DNA of 42,436 bases from Brachybacterium sp. (GCA_030538435.1 JAUNUA010000001.1:1-42436); one strand, 5' to 3'; counted from the stretch's first letter, positions 27,143-37,237 are shown. The notes: generated by a model from the letters alone, not told the origin. Numbers and translations: made by a program.

Positions 27143-28120
27143 ATGACCAGCACCGCTGACGATCCCGACCCCACGGCACAGATCCCGAACCCACCGGCGA
27201 AGGCCCGCAACCCCGAGCCGCCGTTCTCGAATCTCACCATCGGGGTCTGCCCCGACCAGTGGGGCGTGTGGTTCCCCGAGGACGAGCAGCAGATTCCCTG
27301 GCGCACCGCCCTCGCCGAGATGGCCGAGGCCGGCTTCTCCGTCATGGAGACCGGGCCGTGGGGCTACTTCCCGAAGGACGCCCGGGAACTGCAGTCCGTG
27401 ATGGACGAGCACGGTTTCCGGGTGGTCGCCGGCACCGGCTGGGGCATCCTGCACCAGGAGGAGGCCTGGCCCGAGACCGAGCGGACGTTCCGGGCGATCG
27501 CCGAGACCCACGCCGCCGTCGGCGCCGAGTACCTGGTGCACCTGCCGCCGATGTACCGCGACGAGAAGACCTGGGAGTTCACCGACGACCGCGAGCTCAC
27601 CGGCCAGGCGTGGGCCCGGTATGTGAACAATGCCAACGAGCTGGGTCGAATCCTGAAGGAGGACTACGGGCTGACGATGGTGCTGCACCCCCACGGGGAC
27701 AGCCACATCGAAACACCCGAGGAGATCGCCCGCGTGTTCGAGGCGACCGACCCGGAGCTGGTGAGCTTCTGCCTGGACACCGGGCACATCGTCTACGGGG
27801 GAGGGGACCCGCTGCAGATGATCCGGGAGTACCCCGAGCGGATCGGGTACGTGCACATCAAGGCCTTCGACCCGGACATCACCCGCGAGGCCCACGAGAA
27901 GGACTGGCCCTTCGGGGAGGCCGTCGCCAAGGGCGCCTCCGTGCGGCCCCCTGCGGGGCTGCCGGACATGCGGGACCTGGTGCGGCACCTCGCGGCGCTG
28001 GAGAAGGAGCTGTACGTGATCTGCGAGCAGGACCTGTACCCGTGCGACCCGGCGCTGCCGCTGCCGAACGCCATCGCGACCCGCGAGTTCCTGGCTGACT
28101 GCGGGTTGGGCGTGCGGTGA
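27143..28120 (+). CDS. iolE: sugar-phosphate isomerase/epimerase TIM barrel, probable inosose dehydratase
   Basis: CPDQWGVWF, ETGPWGYFP, HPH, LDTGH, YVHIK, EQDLYP; iol cluster context. Confidence 0.8.
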   Translation: MTSTADDPDPTAQIPNPPAKARNPEPPFSNLTIGVCPDQWGVWFPEDEQQIPWRTALAEMAEAGFSVMETGPWGYFPKDARELQSVMDEHGFRVVAGTGWGILHQEEAWPETERTFRAIAETHAAVGAEYLVHLPPMYRDEKTWEFTDDRELTGQAWARYVNNANELGRILKEDYGLTMVLHPHGDSHIETPEEIARVFEATDPELVSFCLDTGHIVYGGGDPLQMIREYPERIGYVHIKAFDPDITREAHEKDWPFGEAVAKGASVRPPAGLPDMRDLVRHLAALEKELYVICEQDLYPCDPALPLPNAIATREFLADCGLGVR

Positions 28121-29301
28121 CGTCCCCGCGGGAGCCGGGTGTCGCCGTCGTCGGCCTCGGCTGGATGGGTCGACTCCACGCCACCGCCACCCTGCGCCTT
28201 CCCGTTCTCTACCCTGAGCTGGGCATCAGACCGCGCCTGGTGGTGGCCGTCGACCCCGTCGCGGCGAACCGGCGGGATGCCGTCGACCGCTACGGCTTCG
28301 CCCGGTCCACCGAGAGCATCTCCGAAGCGCTCGCCGACCCCGCCGTCGACGTCGTCTCCATCTGCTCCCCGAACCACCTCCACCGACAGCACGCCCTCGC
28401 GGTCGCCGAGGCCGCGAAGCCCTTCTGGATCGAGAAGCCGATGGGCACCGGCGCCCGGCAGAGCCGCGACATCCACCGCGCCGCCGTCTCCGCGGCGGAC
28501 GGCAGGGGAGTGGCCACCGCCGTTGGCTTCAGCTACCGCCAGGCCCCGGCCGTTGCACACATGCGATCCCTGGTGCGCGAGGGACGGCTGGGCCGGATCA
28601 CCACCGTGCGCTGCTGGCTGCACGCCGACTACGCCGCCTCCCCGGACGGTCCCCTGACCTGGCGCTACGACCGAGAGCTGGCGGGCAGCGGGGTCATTGC
28701 GGACCTCCTCTCCCACGGTGCGGACCTGGTCCGGCACGTCACCGGCGAGCCGATCTGCGACGTCATCGCCGACACCGCCGTGCTGATCCCCGAGCGGCCG
28801 ATACCGCGGGGGAGCGGTATCGGCCACGCGGCGGTGGAGCTGAGCGATAGGCGCGGCCCCGTCGGCAACGAGGACTGGGTGGCGGCGCTCACAAGGACGT
28901 CTGAGGGCACCCGTGTGACCCTGGAGGCCTCCCGGGTCGCGCGCGGGCACCGCTCCGACTACGCCCTGGAGGTGTTCGGCAGCGAGGGCTCGGCCCGCTG
29001 GAGCTTCACCCGGATGAACGAGCTGCAGGTGCAGATCGGCGACGGTGGCACCGAGCACGGCTACACAACCGTGCTCACCGGTCCCGGCCACGGCGAATAT
29101 GCGCGATTCCAGCCCGGACCCGGGATCCCCATGAGCTTCGATGATCTGAAAGCGGCCGAGGCAGGCGCGTTCTTCTCCGACGCGACCTACGGCACGCACC
29201 GGGCACCGTCCACCGCTGACGGCCTGCACGCCGCCGAGGTGAGCGAGGCGATCGTCCGCTCGGCGGCCTCCCGGGCCTGGGAGACGGTCGAGGAGATCTG
29301 A
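28117..29301 (+). CDS. Gfo/Idh/MocA oxidoreductase (second inositol-type dehydrogenase)
   Basis: GLGWMGRLH, IEKP, GFSYR, LTWRY...AGSG, DLLSH. Confidence 0.88.
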   Translation: MTSPREPGVAVVGLGWMGRLHATATLRLPVLYPELGIRPRLVVAVDPVAANRRDAVDRYGFARSTESISEALADPAVDVVSICSPNHLHRQHALAVAEAAKPFWIEKPMGTGARQSRDIHRAAVSAADGRGVATAVGFSYRQAPAVAHMRSLVREGRLGRITTVRCWLHADYAASPDGPLTWRYDRELAGSGVIADLLSHGADLVRHVTGEPICDVIADTAVLIPERPIPRGSGIGHAAVELSDRRGPVGNEDWVAALTRTSEGTRVTLEASRVARGHRSDYALEVFGSEGSARWSFTRMNELQVQIGDGGTEHGYTTVLTGPGHGEYARFQPGPGIPMSFDDLKAAEAGAFFSDATYGTHRAPSTADGLHAAEVSEAIVRSAASRAWETVEEI

Positions 29302-29338
29302 GCGATCCGTCAGGGGCAGGCGCCTGGCCGAGCTCGCC

Positions 29339-30057
29339 CTACAGGGCGTCGTCCTCGCGGGGGAAGTTCTTCTGCGCGTACTTCGCGACGGTCGTGGTGC
29401 TCACCAGGTTCACCGAGCCGCCGACGACACCCCCGGCGATCGGTGCGAGGCGCGTCAGATTGACCACTCCCTTGGTGCCTGCCTTCGTCACCAGGCGGAA
29501 CCCGATCTTCTTGTTGATCGCGATGAGGACGTGGCCGGGGACCTTCTTGATGCGCTGATCGCAGACTTCGTCCCCACCTGCACGCCCGCCGCGGCCATTG
29601 CTTCTGTCGCGGAGGCCCCGATCAGCGACAGCAGGACGACACTGCGCACCTCTTCGGACTGCACGTCATACCCGCGCAGGTGCGCGATCGCCCCGTCCAG
29701 ACGGCCTTGCGCCATCCACAGGGCAGTGAGGTCGGCCGGGAGCGCGACAGGCAGGGTGAACAGACCGCCGAGGCCTGTGAGGAACCCTGTGCCGCTGACC
29801 AGTCGGACGTGGGTGGCGATCACGCGACGGATGGCCTTCTCCGGGTCGCCGTGCTGAGCGAGGTGCTCCTCGGCGATCTCGACCGATCCCTTCCACGGGC
29901 CGATGCCCTCCACCCAGAGTGTCAGCACCTTGTCGGTGGCATGCCGGGCCAGCTCCGCCACTCGCTCGTGGTGACGCCGGGTATCTTCCTCGTTCCCCGG
30001 TGCCTCGAACGCGGGCTTGGCCGACGGGGGAGGGGTAGCCGACTCGTCGTTCGTCAC
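29339..30057 (-). pseudogene. EcsC family protein, frameshifted near 29551
   Basis: The ORF reads ...GTKSAISA, and the family-like C-terminus IKKVPGHVLIAINKKIGFRLVTKAGTKGVVNL...GGVVGGSVN...KYAQKNFPREDDAL* continues in another frame to TAG at 29341-29339. One base is missing. Confidence 0.8.
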
Positions 30058-30188
30058 CTGTCACAGTCGACGAGGGACGGGATAGGCGCCCGGGCCGATA
30101 AGCTGGGTCTCCGACCCCGGTGCCCGCCTGCAGAGCGGGGTCCTCACGTCTGCAGCCCCGTCCTGCTCGATCGAGAGGCTGCTGTTGC

Positions 30189-31427
30189 ATGTCGACCCCG
30201 ACGAACCCCCGACGCCGACGCGGCCTGGTGATCGGCGGGGCCGGCTGCTGTGGCTGCGGATCCCTCGCCACCCTCGCCCTCGTGCTCCTCACGGTGCTCG
30301 GACTGATCATCGGCCCCATGGAGCCGGTCGACTCCGAGCCGCGGCCCACCGCCGCCGCGACCAGCGCCCCTGCGACTCCTACCGAGACCGCGAGTGCGAC
30401 CGAATCTTCGACCCCCACCGCGAGCGCGCCGCCCGAACCGACGACGGAGAGCCCGACCCCCTCGGCAACCCCGACACCGGCGCCGACCACTGCGAGCCCG
30501 TCGGCGTCGCCCAGCCCGAGCCCGACACCCAGTCCGACCCCCTCGCCGACGCCGACACCGACGCCGGATCCGACGACCGCCCTCGGGCTGCTGGACACCC
30601 TCGAGGTGAAGGGACGCGCCCCGAAGACCGGGTATGACCGCGACCTGTTCTCGTGGCGCGATGACGTGGACCGCAACGGTTGCGACACCCGCAACGATGT
30701 GCTGCGCCGCGACCTGAGCGCCATCACCCTCGAGGAGGGCACCCAGGGCTGCGTCGTCCTGCGCGGGACCCTCACCTCCCCGTACAGCGGGGATGCGGTC
30801 GCCTTCGACCGTCACGCGGACAACGCCGTCGATATCGACCATGTGGTCTCCCTGTCCGATGCCTGGCAGACCGGTGCCTTCGAATGGTCCGATGAGACGC
30901 GCCGAGAATTCGCCAACGACCCGCTGAACCTGCTGGCTGTCGAATCCTCGCTGAACCGCCAGAAGTCCGACTCTGACGCCGCTTCCTGGCTGCCTCCCCG
31001 AAAGGGCTACCGGTGCGAGTTCGTCGCACGACAGGTGAGCGTCAAGGCCGCCTACGAATTGTGGGTGAAACCCGCGGAGGCCGACGCGATCCGCGGGATC
31101 CTCGAGGACTGCCCGGACCACGCTGTCACCGCGAGCGACGCCGCGTGGCCCGGACCCGGTGGCGGCGACGTCATCGGCACCGAAGCGAAGCCCGCGCCGA
31201 CACCGACACCCACCCCGGCTCCTGCTCCTTCCCCCACCGCGACTACCCCGTCGGACGACGGCGGCGTCGGAGACGAAGGCCGTGCTGACGGGGGCTCTGT
31301 GTACTACAAGAACTGCACCGAGGCGTGGGACGCCGGTGCGGCCCCGCTCACGCGAGACGATCCCGGATACGACTCGCACCTGCATCGGGATAACGACGGC
31401 GTGGCGTGCGAGAACCGTCCGCGCTGA
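30189..31427 (+). CDS. membrane-anchored DUF1524 (HNH-like) nuclease with Pro/Thr linkers and C-terminal Excalibur domain
   Basis: N-terminal TM segment, P/T/S-rich linker, GYDRDLF, NGCDTRNDVL, IDHVV, FANDPLNLLAV...NRQKSD, and YYKNC...PGY...RDNDGVACE. Confidence 0.88.
   Translation: MSTPTNPRRRRGLVIGGAGCCGCGSLATLALVLLTVLGLIIGPMEPVDSEPRPTAAATSAPATPTETASATESSTPTASAPPEPTTESPTPSATPTPAPTTASPSASPSPSPTPSPTPSPTPTPTPDPTTALGLLDTLEVKGRAPKTGYDRDLFSWRDDVDRNGCDTRNDVLRRDLSAITLEEGTQGCVVLRGTLTSPYSGDAVAFDRHADNAVDIDHVVSLSDAWQTGAFEWSDETRREFANDPLNLLAVESSLNRQKSDSDAASWLPPRKGYRCEFVARQVSVKAAYELWVKPAEADAIRGILEDCPDHAVTASDAAWPGPGGGDVIGTEAKPAPTPTPTPAPAPSPTATTPSDDGGVGDEGRADGGSVYYKNCTEAWDAGAAPLTRDDPGYDSHLHRDNDGVACENRPR
30340..30575 (+). 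repeat. low-complexity Pro/Thr/Ser linker repeats (coding)
   Basis: Repeated (a/t)cgccg / acaccg hexamers encoding SPSPTPSPTPTPTP. Confidence 0.6.
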
Positions 31428-31524
31428 GCTGCCCGGTGGCGGGGACTCCCCCACACACTCTCCCCGGAACCGGGCAAATCCCCGTAGAGTCGGGAACGCA
31501 GGTTTTCCGAGGAACGGATTCCGC

Positions 31525-32574
31525 ATGACTGACCTGACCCGTCGTACTGCCCTCAGCGCTCTGCTTGCCGGCGGAGCCGGCACCGCCGCTGTCGGCACCT
31601 CACTGCCCGCATTCGCCGCGCCCACCTTCGTGGACGTTCCGTCCTCCAACCCTTTCGCGCGGGAGATCAGCTGGCTCGCCGAGAGGGGCATCACGACCGG
31701 CTGGACCGTCAGCGGCAGGCGGGAATTTCGCCCCCACGCCTCGATCCAACGGGACGCCTTCGCGACGTTCCTCTACCGCTACGACGGGACCAGCGGTTAC
31801 GAGCCGCCCAGCACCTCACCGTTCACGGACCTCCCACCGCGCGCCCAGTTCTACCGCGAGATCACGGCGCTGCACGAGGCCGGAATCATCAACGGCTGGC
31901 CCGACGGCAGCTTCCGCCCCCGCAATCACATCACCCGCGACGCTGTTGCTGCGATGCTGTTCCGCGGGTACGGCGACCCGCGTTTCCGCGCGCCGCGCAC
32001 CTCCACGTTCGCGGACCTCACCCCGCGTCGGCAGTTCTACCGCGAGATCTGTTGGCTCGCCGACACCGGCATCACCCAGGGCTACCCGGATGGCACGTTC
32101 CGGCCCCTGGACCCGATCAGCCGCGAAGCCATGGCCGCGTTCCTGTTCCGCCTGCATCAGCGCGGTGCCGATGCCGCGTTCGATGCCCAGGTCGCCTCCC
32201 TCATCACTCGCACGGTCAACCAGGAGCGGCGCGCCCGAGGACTTCAGCCGCTGCGCCGTGACACCCGCATCGATACCGTCGCCGCCACCTGGTCAGCGCA
32301 GCTGACGACCGCCGACTTCCGTCACAACCCCGATTACGGCGAGCAGATGCCGAGCGGCTGGCGGCGCGTCGCCGAGAACATCGCCTATGTGGGGTCCTCT
32401 GACCGCACCGCGGATGCCGTCGCCACCGATCTGGTGCGCAACTGGATGGACTCCGACGGGCACCGGCAGAACATCCTCAGCGAGGCCGTGAACACCATCG
32501 GGGTGGGGGTCGCGACCCGCCACGAGGGCGGACTCACCTACGTGTTCGCCACCCAGAACTTCGGGCAGTACTGA
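31525..32574 (+). CDS. Tat-exported protein with three SLH domains and a C-terminal CAP (SCP) domain
   Basis: TRRTAL signal; three FxDxP...FYREI...GI..GY/W.DG.FRP...I.R repeats; CAP motifs VNQERRARGL, AENIA, WMDSDGHRQNIL, TQNF. Confidence 0.9.
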   Translation: MTDLTRRTALSALLAGGAGTAAVGTSLPAFAAPTFVDVPSSNPFAREISWLAERGITTGWTVSGRREFRPHASIQRDAFATFLYRYDGTSGYEPPSTSPFTDLPPRAQFYREITALHEAGIINGWPDGSFRPRNHITRDAVAAMLFRGYGDPRFRAPRTSTFADLTPRRQFYREICWLADTGITQGYPDGTFRPLDPISREAMAAFLFRLHQRGADAAFDAQVASLITRTVNQERRARGLQPLRRDTRIDTVAATWSAQLTTADFRHNPDYGEQMPSGWRRVAENIAYVGSSDRTADAVATDLVRNWMDSDGHRQNILSEAVNTIGVGVATRHEGGLTYVFATQNFGQY

Positions 32575-32694
32575 CCTCCGCTCCACGCCGGTGGGCAGAT
32601 CGCTCGGTCGAAGCTCACGCGTGCCCCGACTGCACGGGCTTCGATAACGCGGGGTCGTTCGATGACACGAGTGCCAGCTCTGGTCGTTGCGCTA

Positions 32695-33693
32695 TCACGC
32701 CCGTGGACGCGTCGACTCACGCTCAATGATCCGCGAGCGCAGGAGGGTCGTCGACGGCTCCTCCTCCGGACTCGTCATCCGCTGACCGAGCATGCGCGCA
32801 GCCGCGCGACCGGTGGCACGCACCGGCTGCCCGACCACGGAGACCGAGGGGGTCACCAGACGGGTCCACAGGTCGTCATCGGTGGCAAGCATGGCGGGGG
32901 CGTCGTCACGGCCGCGCATCGCCTCGAACGCTCCAGCGGACATGCGGTTGTTGGTCACGTACACGCAGTCAGCGCGACCGATCGCGAGGATGTCTTCCAT
33001 CGCCTGGCGGCCTGAGTCGAGGAAGAGGTCTCCACGGAGCAGGCTCTCCTCACCCGTGCCCACTCCGAGGTCCTTCCAGGTGCGCAGGAAACCGGTTGCG
33101 CGGTCCTCGGTGGAGCGCAGCTCCTCCGGCCCCGCGATGACCACCGGCCGCCGGTAGCCGGCATCGAAGAGGTGCTGAGCGGCCTGCCGTCCGGCGTCGT
33201 CGTTGTCGGTGACCACCAGATCGGTCGAGGCGCCTTCGACCCAACGGTCGACGAGCACCAGCGGAATCTCCGCTTCGAGCAGAGGCGTCAGATCGGTGCG
33301 GGTGCGGTCCACCGGGACCAGTACGATGCCTGCGACCTGCCGGCTGACCAGCTGATCGAAGCAGGTGCGTTCAGTCTCGAGATCCTCCTCGGTGTGGGCG
33401 ATCATCACCGAGTGATTCTGAGTGCGGGCGATCCGCTCTACTTCGCTGGTGATCTGCGTGAAGTAGGGGTTCTCAGCGTCCGGGGCAACCACGGCGATCT
33501 GCGAGGAGCCCCCGCGGCGGAGGTTGCGGCCCATCGCGTTCGGTACGTAACCGGTGGCGCGCACGGCCGAGCGCACGCGACGGGTGAGCTCCTTGTCGAC
33601 AGTGGGAGCACCGTTGATCACGCGGGAGACGGTCGCCGAGGACACCCCGGCCGTGCGTGCCACATCGAGAATGGTCGGTCGGCGCGTAGGCAT
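32695..33693 (-). CDS. LacI family transcriptional regulator
   Basis: TILDVARTAGVSSATVSRVIN HTH, GYVPN hinge, NPYF, C-terminal REST. Confidence 0.93.
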   Translation of the reverse strand: MPTRRPTILDVARTAGVSSATVSRVINGAPTVDKELTRRVRSAVRATGYVPNAMGRNLRRGGSSQIAVVAPDAENPYFTQITSEVERIARTQNHSVMIAHTEEDLETERTCFDQLVSRQVAGIVLVPVDRTRTDLTPLLEAEIPLVLVDRWVEGASTDLVVTDNDDAGRQAAQHLFDAGYRRPVVIAGPEELRSTEDRATGFLRTWKDLGVGTGEESLLRGDLFLDSGRQAMEDILAIGRADCVYVTNNRMSAGAFEAMRGRDDAPAMLATDDDLWTRLVTPSVSVVGQPVRATGRAAARMLGQRMTSPEEEPSTTLLRSRIIERESTRPRA

Positions 33694-33899
33694 CGGTGAC
33701 TCCTCGGGGCGGTCTCAGCGGCAACGATCTCAGGGACCGCCTCGTCAGAGTAGACGAATGGGGGCCCAGGCGCGGTCAGGTGTGTGGACGGGTACCGGGA
33801 CCGCGGAATGGGCGACCGGCGGGAGGGCATCGCTCCTCACCGCCGGAAAGGCGACCGGGGAAGGGCAACGGTCCTCGCTCCCACGCCACACCGAACAAC

Positions 33900-33912
33900 G
33901 GAAACGTTTACC
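33900..33912. promoter_or_regulatory. LacI-type operator
   Basis: GGAAACGTTTACC, CG-centred palindrome. Confidence 0.55.
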
Positions 33913-33999
33913 ACCATCTAGGGCAGCAGGATGGCCTCCTCGGGCGCCTCACGCAAGAAGAATACGCAAGGATCGGCCCCTCTGGCGTGTGTGACGTGG

Positions 34000-34044
34000 T
34001 TGACATCCCTATCGCTCCCCTCTACGGTCGCTGTAATCGTTTGC
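34000..34044 (+). promoter_or_regulatory. sigma70-type promoter with a downstream LacI-type operator
   Basis: TTGACA (34000-34005), 17-nt spacer, TACGGT (34023-34028), then TGTAATCGTTTGC (34032-34044). Confidence 0.7.
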
Positions 34045-34119
34045 TCGGATTGGTCGACAGAAGCACGACCGTCACCCATCCCCGCCGCACACCGTCCGCC
34101 CCCGAAGTAGGAGAAGATC

Positions 34120-35463
34120 ATGCGCACTCATCCCACCCGTCGGGACGCCTTCCGGCTCGGCGCCGGCGCGCTCACCGCGACGGCCGGCGTTGCCTCCCTT
34201 GCCGCGTGCAGCAACGGCTCCGGAGGGGGATCCGACACGATCTCTCTGTGGAACTTCTTCGGGCCCAGCCCTGACGGCACCGCCGTCTCGGACTGGATCA
34301 CCCAGCTCGCCGAGGACTGGAACGCCTCACACGACGTGACCGTTGAGCTGCGCTACATCCCCAACCAGACCTACATGGACGGCACCACACTTCAGACGGC
34401 ATTCACATCCGGCGAGGGCCCCGACCTGTTCGTGATCTCCCCCGGGGATTTCCTCCGTTTCGCCAACGGCGGCGCACTGCTGGATCTTTCCGACGCGATC
34501 CCGGAGCAGATCCGCTCCGACTTCGCTCCCGGGTTCCTCGAGGCACGCTCCGATGGCGACGAGATCCTCGCCGTCCCCTTCGACGCCGAGCCGCTGGCGA
34601 TGTACTACAGCGTGGAGGCGTTCGAGGACGCCGGGCTATCCGAAGGGGATATCCCCGAGACCTGGGACCAGTTCCTGGATATCGCCGACAAGCTCACCAC
34701 CGACTCTCGGTTCGGAGCCCTGGTGGAGCCGGCACCGAGCTACTACCAGAACTTCACCTGGTACCCCTTCGTGTGGCAGTCCGGCCAGGAGTTCTTCGAC
34801 GACTCCGGCAACCCCACCTTCGACTCTCCCGGCGTCCACGCCGCTCTACAGTTCTGGCAGGATCTCGTCGGCAACGGCCTGTCACCACGCCAGGCGCAGG
34901 GCACGGGATCCAATGAGGCGAACACCAACCTCGGCGCAGGCACGGTCGCCATGCAGCTGTCCGGCATCTGGAGCATCGCCCAGCTGGAGCAGAACGTCCC
35001 GGACTTCGAGTACGGCGTGTTCCAACTGCCGATTCCCGACGGAGGAGATCGTGTTACCGACGTCGGCGGGTGGGCCATGGCGGCCAACGCCGACGGCGCC
35101 AATACCGAGGCGGCGGCCGAGTTCATCGCGTGGGCCTACGCCTCCGATGACGCGGAGCAGATCGATCGCCTGGTGAACTGGAATGCGGGAGCCAAGTCCA
35201 ACCTGCCGACCCGTGACTCGGTGGTGGACGCCGCGAACGACCAGGACGCCTACTCCGAGGGGATGCTGCAGTACTTCGTGGACGAGGTATACCCAACGGG
35301 CCGCCCCGAGCCGCGGTTCCCTCCGGAGGTGTACCGGCCGATCTCCGATGCCATCCAGAACGCCATGATGAACGGGGAGGACCCGGAGACCGCGGCCGCC
35401 CGTGCGCAGGAGGACCTCGAGGCGTTCATCGAGAACTACAACGGCGTTCCGATCGAGTACTGA
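34120..35463 (+). CDS. sugar ABC transporter substrate-binding lipoprotein
   Basis: TRRDAF Tat motif, LAAC lipobox, GEGPDLF, IPETWDQF. RBS AGGAG. Confidence 0.92.
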   Translation: MRTHPTRRDAFRLGAGALTATAGVASLAACSNGSGGGSDTISLWNFFGPSPDGTAVSDWITQLAEDWNASHDVTVELRYIPNQTYMDGTTLQTAFTSGEGPDLFVISPGDFLRFANGGALLDLSDAIPEQIRSDFAPGFLEARSDGDEILAVPFDAEPLAMYYSVEAFEDAGLSEGDIPETWDQFLDIADKLTTDSRFGALVEPAPSYYQNFTWYPFVWQSGQEFFDDSGNPTFDSPGVHAALQFWQDLVGNGLSPRQAQGTGSNEANTNLGAGTVAMQLSGIWSIAQLEQNVPDFEYGVFQLPIPDGGDRVTDVGGWAMAANADGANTEAAAEFIAWAYASDDAEQIDRLVNWNAGAKSNLPTRDSVVDAANDQDAYSEGMLQYFVDEVYPTGRPEPRFPPEVYRPISDAIQNAMMNGEDPETAAARAQEDLEAFIENYNGVPIEY

Positions 35464-35468
35464 GCGTC

Positions 35469-36374
35469 ATGGCTGTCTTCCGCACGGACATGCGCGCCCA
35501 GGAAACCCGGGCGGCATGGGGGTTCCTGGCTCCCGACCTGATCGGGCTCCTCGCGTTCATCATCCTGCCGATTCTGCTGGCCTTGGGGATGTCCTTCATG
35601 TCCGTCAGCGGATTCGGCGCGGTGCACTTCGTGGGGCTGGAGAACTTCAGCCGCCTCGTGGACGACGCCCGGCTTCCGCGGGCGCTCATGATCACCTTCG
35701 GCTACGCGGCCCTCGCGGTTCCCCTGTCCTATGTGGTGGGACTCAGCCTTGCGCTGCTGCTGGAGGACAAGGTCAAGGGCGGCGGTCTGATACGGACGAT
35801 GGTGTTCGTGCCCTACGTGCTGAGCCTGGTGGTGGTGGCCCTGATCTGGGAGTTCCTGCTGGTGGACAAGACCGGCGTCGTCCCCACCCTGCTGGCCCCC
35901 GTCGGCCTCGGCGACATCAGTTGGCTAGGAGATCCGCGCTACGCCCTGCTGTCGGTCGTCATCATCACTGTCTGGAGCCAGGCCGGATACCAGATGCTGC
36001 TGTTCCTGGGCGGCCTGGGTGGGATCCCGAAGGACTACTACGACGCCGCCGCCATCGACGGTGCCGGATGGTGGCGCAGACTGCACAGCATCACGTTGCC
36101 GATGCTGCGACCGACATCCTTCTTCATCATCCTGACCAGCGCGATGGGATGCATCACCGGCGCTCAGGCGTTCGACCTCGTCTTCATGCTCACCCGGGGA
36201 GGACCGGCGAACGCGACGCTGACCATGCCGTTCTACATCTACGAGCAGGCGTTCACCTACAACGACCTCGGGTACGCCGCCGCGCTGACCCTCGTCCTCG
36301 TAGCGGTGCTGATGATCGCCGTCATGCTGACCTTCGCGATGACCCGGGGAGCGCGCTTCCATGAGGGGGACTGA
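35469..36374 (+). CDS. carbohydrate ABC transporter permease (MalF-like)
   Basis: FVGLENF, IPKDYYDAAAIDGA, FDLVFMLTRGGP. Confidence 0.92.
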   Translation: MAVFRTDMRAQETRAAWGFLAPDLIGLLAFIILPILLALGMSFMSVSGFGAVHFVGLENFSRLVDDARLPRALMITFGYAALAVPLSYVVGLSLALLLEDKVKGGGLIRTMVFVPYVLSLVVVALIWEFLLVDKTGVVPTLLAPVGLGDISWLGDPRYALLSVVIITVWSQAGYQMLLFLGGLGGIPKDYYDAAAIDGAGWWRRLHSITLPMLRPTSFFIILTSAMGCITGAQAFDLVFMLTRGGPANATLTMPFYIYEQAFTYNDLGYAAALTLVLVAVLMIAVMLTFAMTRGARFHEGD

Positions 36375-37191
36375 GACCGTGAGGAGACGACATCGCCGTG
36401 CCGACCATCTCCGTACCGCGGTGGCGTGGGTGGTGGGGATCGTATTCCTGGCGCCATTCCTGTGGCTCGTCGTCACTGCCCTGAAGCCGGCGGCGCACAC
36501 CTTCGACTTCACGCTCGCCCCGCTGACGGTGGACAATTTTGTGCATGTCCTGACGCGGGTGCCGCTGCTGCGGTACATGGGGAATACGGCCTTCGTCGCG
36601 ACCGTGGTGACGGCTGTGGCTCTCGTCTTCCACAGCATGGCCGCCTATGCGCTGGCGCGTCTGCGATTTCGGGGGAACATGGTGGTGCTGAATATTGTTG
36701 TCGCCACGTTCATGGTCTCGACCCCGGTGATCCTCGTGCCCCTGTACATCATCACCCGCCAGCTGGGACTGCTGGACTCACTGTGGGGCATCATCATCCC
36801 CGGCATTTTCAACGCCTTCGGGATATTCCTCCTCCGCCAGGTGATGATCTCGATCCCCAGAGAGCTGGAGGAGTCGGCGACGCTGGACGGGGCGAGCTAC
36901 TGGCGCAAGTACACGACGATCGTGCTGCCGCTGGTCAAGCCGACCCTGGCATCCCTCGCCGTGCTGTTTTTCCTGGCGAACTGGAATGCCTTCATGTGGC
37001 CCCGCACGATACTGGCCGATCAGAGGCTGTGGATGGTTCAACAAGGTCTGTCCTCGATGCAGGGACAGTACGGTGCGGAGTGGAACAATATTGCGGCGGC
37101 AGCGGTCGTCGTCGCACTACCGACGCTGTTGATGTTCTTGATCTTTCAGCGCTATCTGGTGCGGTCGATCATGATATCGGGAATGAAGTAG
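36361..37191 (+). CDS. carbohydrate ABC transporter permease (MalG-like)
   Basis: AAYALARLRF, IPRELEESATLDGA, WNAFMWP, FQRY. Alternative GTG start at 36379. Confidence 0.92.
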   Translation: MRGTETVRRRHRRADHLRTAVAWVVGIVFLAPFLWLVVTALKPAAHTFDFTLAPLTVDNFVHVLTRVPLLRYMGNTAFVATVVTAVALVFHSMAAYALARLRFRGNMVVLNIVVATFMVSTPVILVPLYIITRQLGLLDSLWGIIIPGIFNAFGIFLLRQVMISIPRELEESATLDGASYWRKYTTIVLPLVKPTLASLAVLFFLANWNAFMWPRTILADQRLWMVQQGLSSMQGQYGAEWNNIAAAAVVVALPTLLMFLIFQRYLVRSIMISGMK

Positions 37192-37222
37192 CTGGCGCCG
37201 AGGCGGCAGCCGTATGATAATG

Positions 37223-37237
37223 GAGTAATCGTTCTCC
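37223..37237 (+). promoter_or_regulatory. LacI-type operator upstream of the glycosidase
   Basis: GAGTAATCGTTCTCC just after TATGATAAT (-10-like); identical to the reverse complement of 42367-42381. Confidence 0.65.

Noticed and set aside
30189-31427. DUF1524 protein as a GmrSD type IV restriction component
   Set aside because: There is no DUF262 domain, and the TM anchor, Pro/Thr stalk and Excalibur domain indicate an extracellular protein.
33696-33775. hairpin upstream of lacI as a riboswitch or sRNA
   Set aside because: Only one GC-rich stem enclosing an operator-like site; no recognisable riboswitch consensus.
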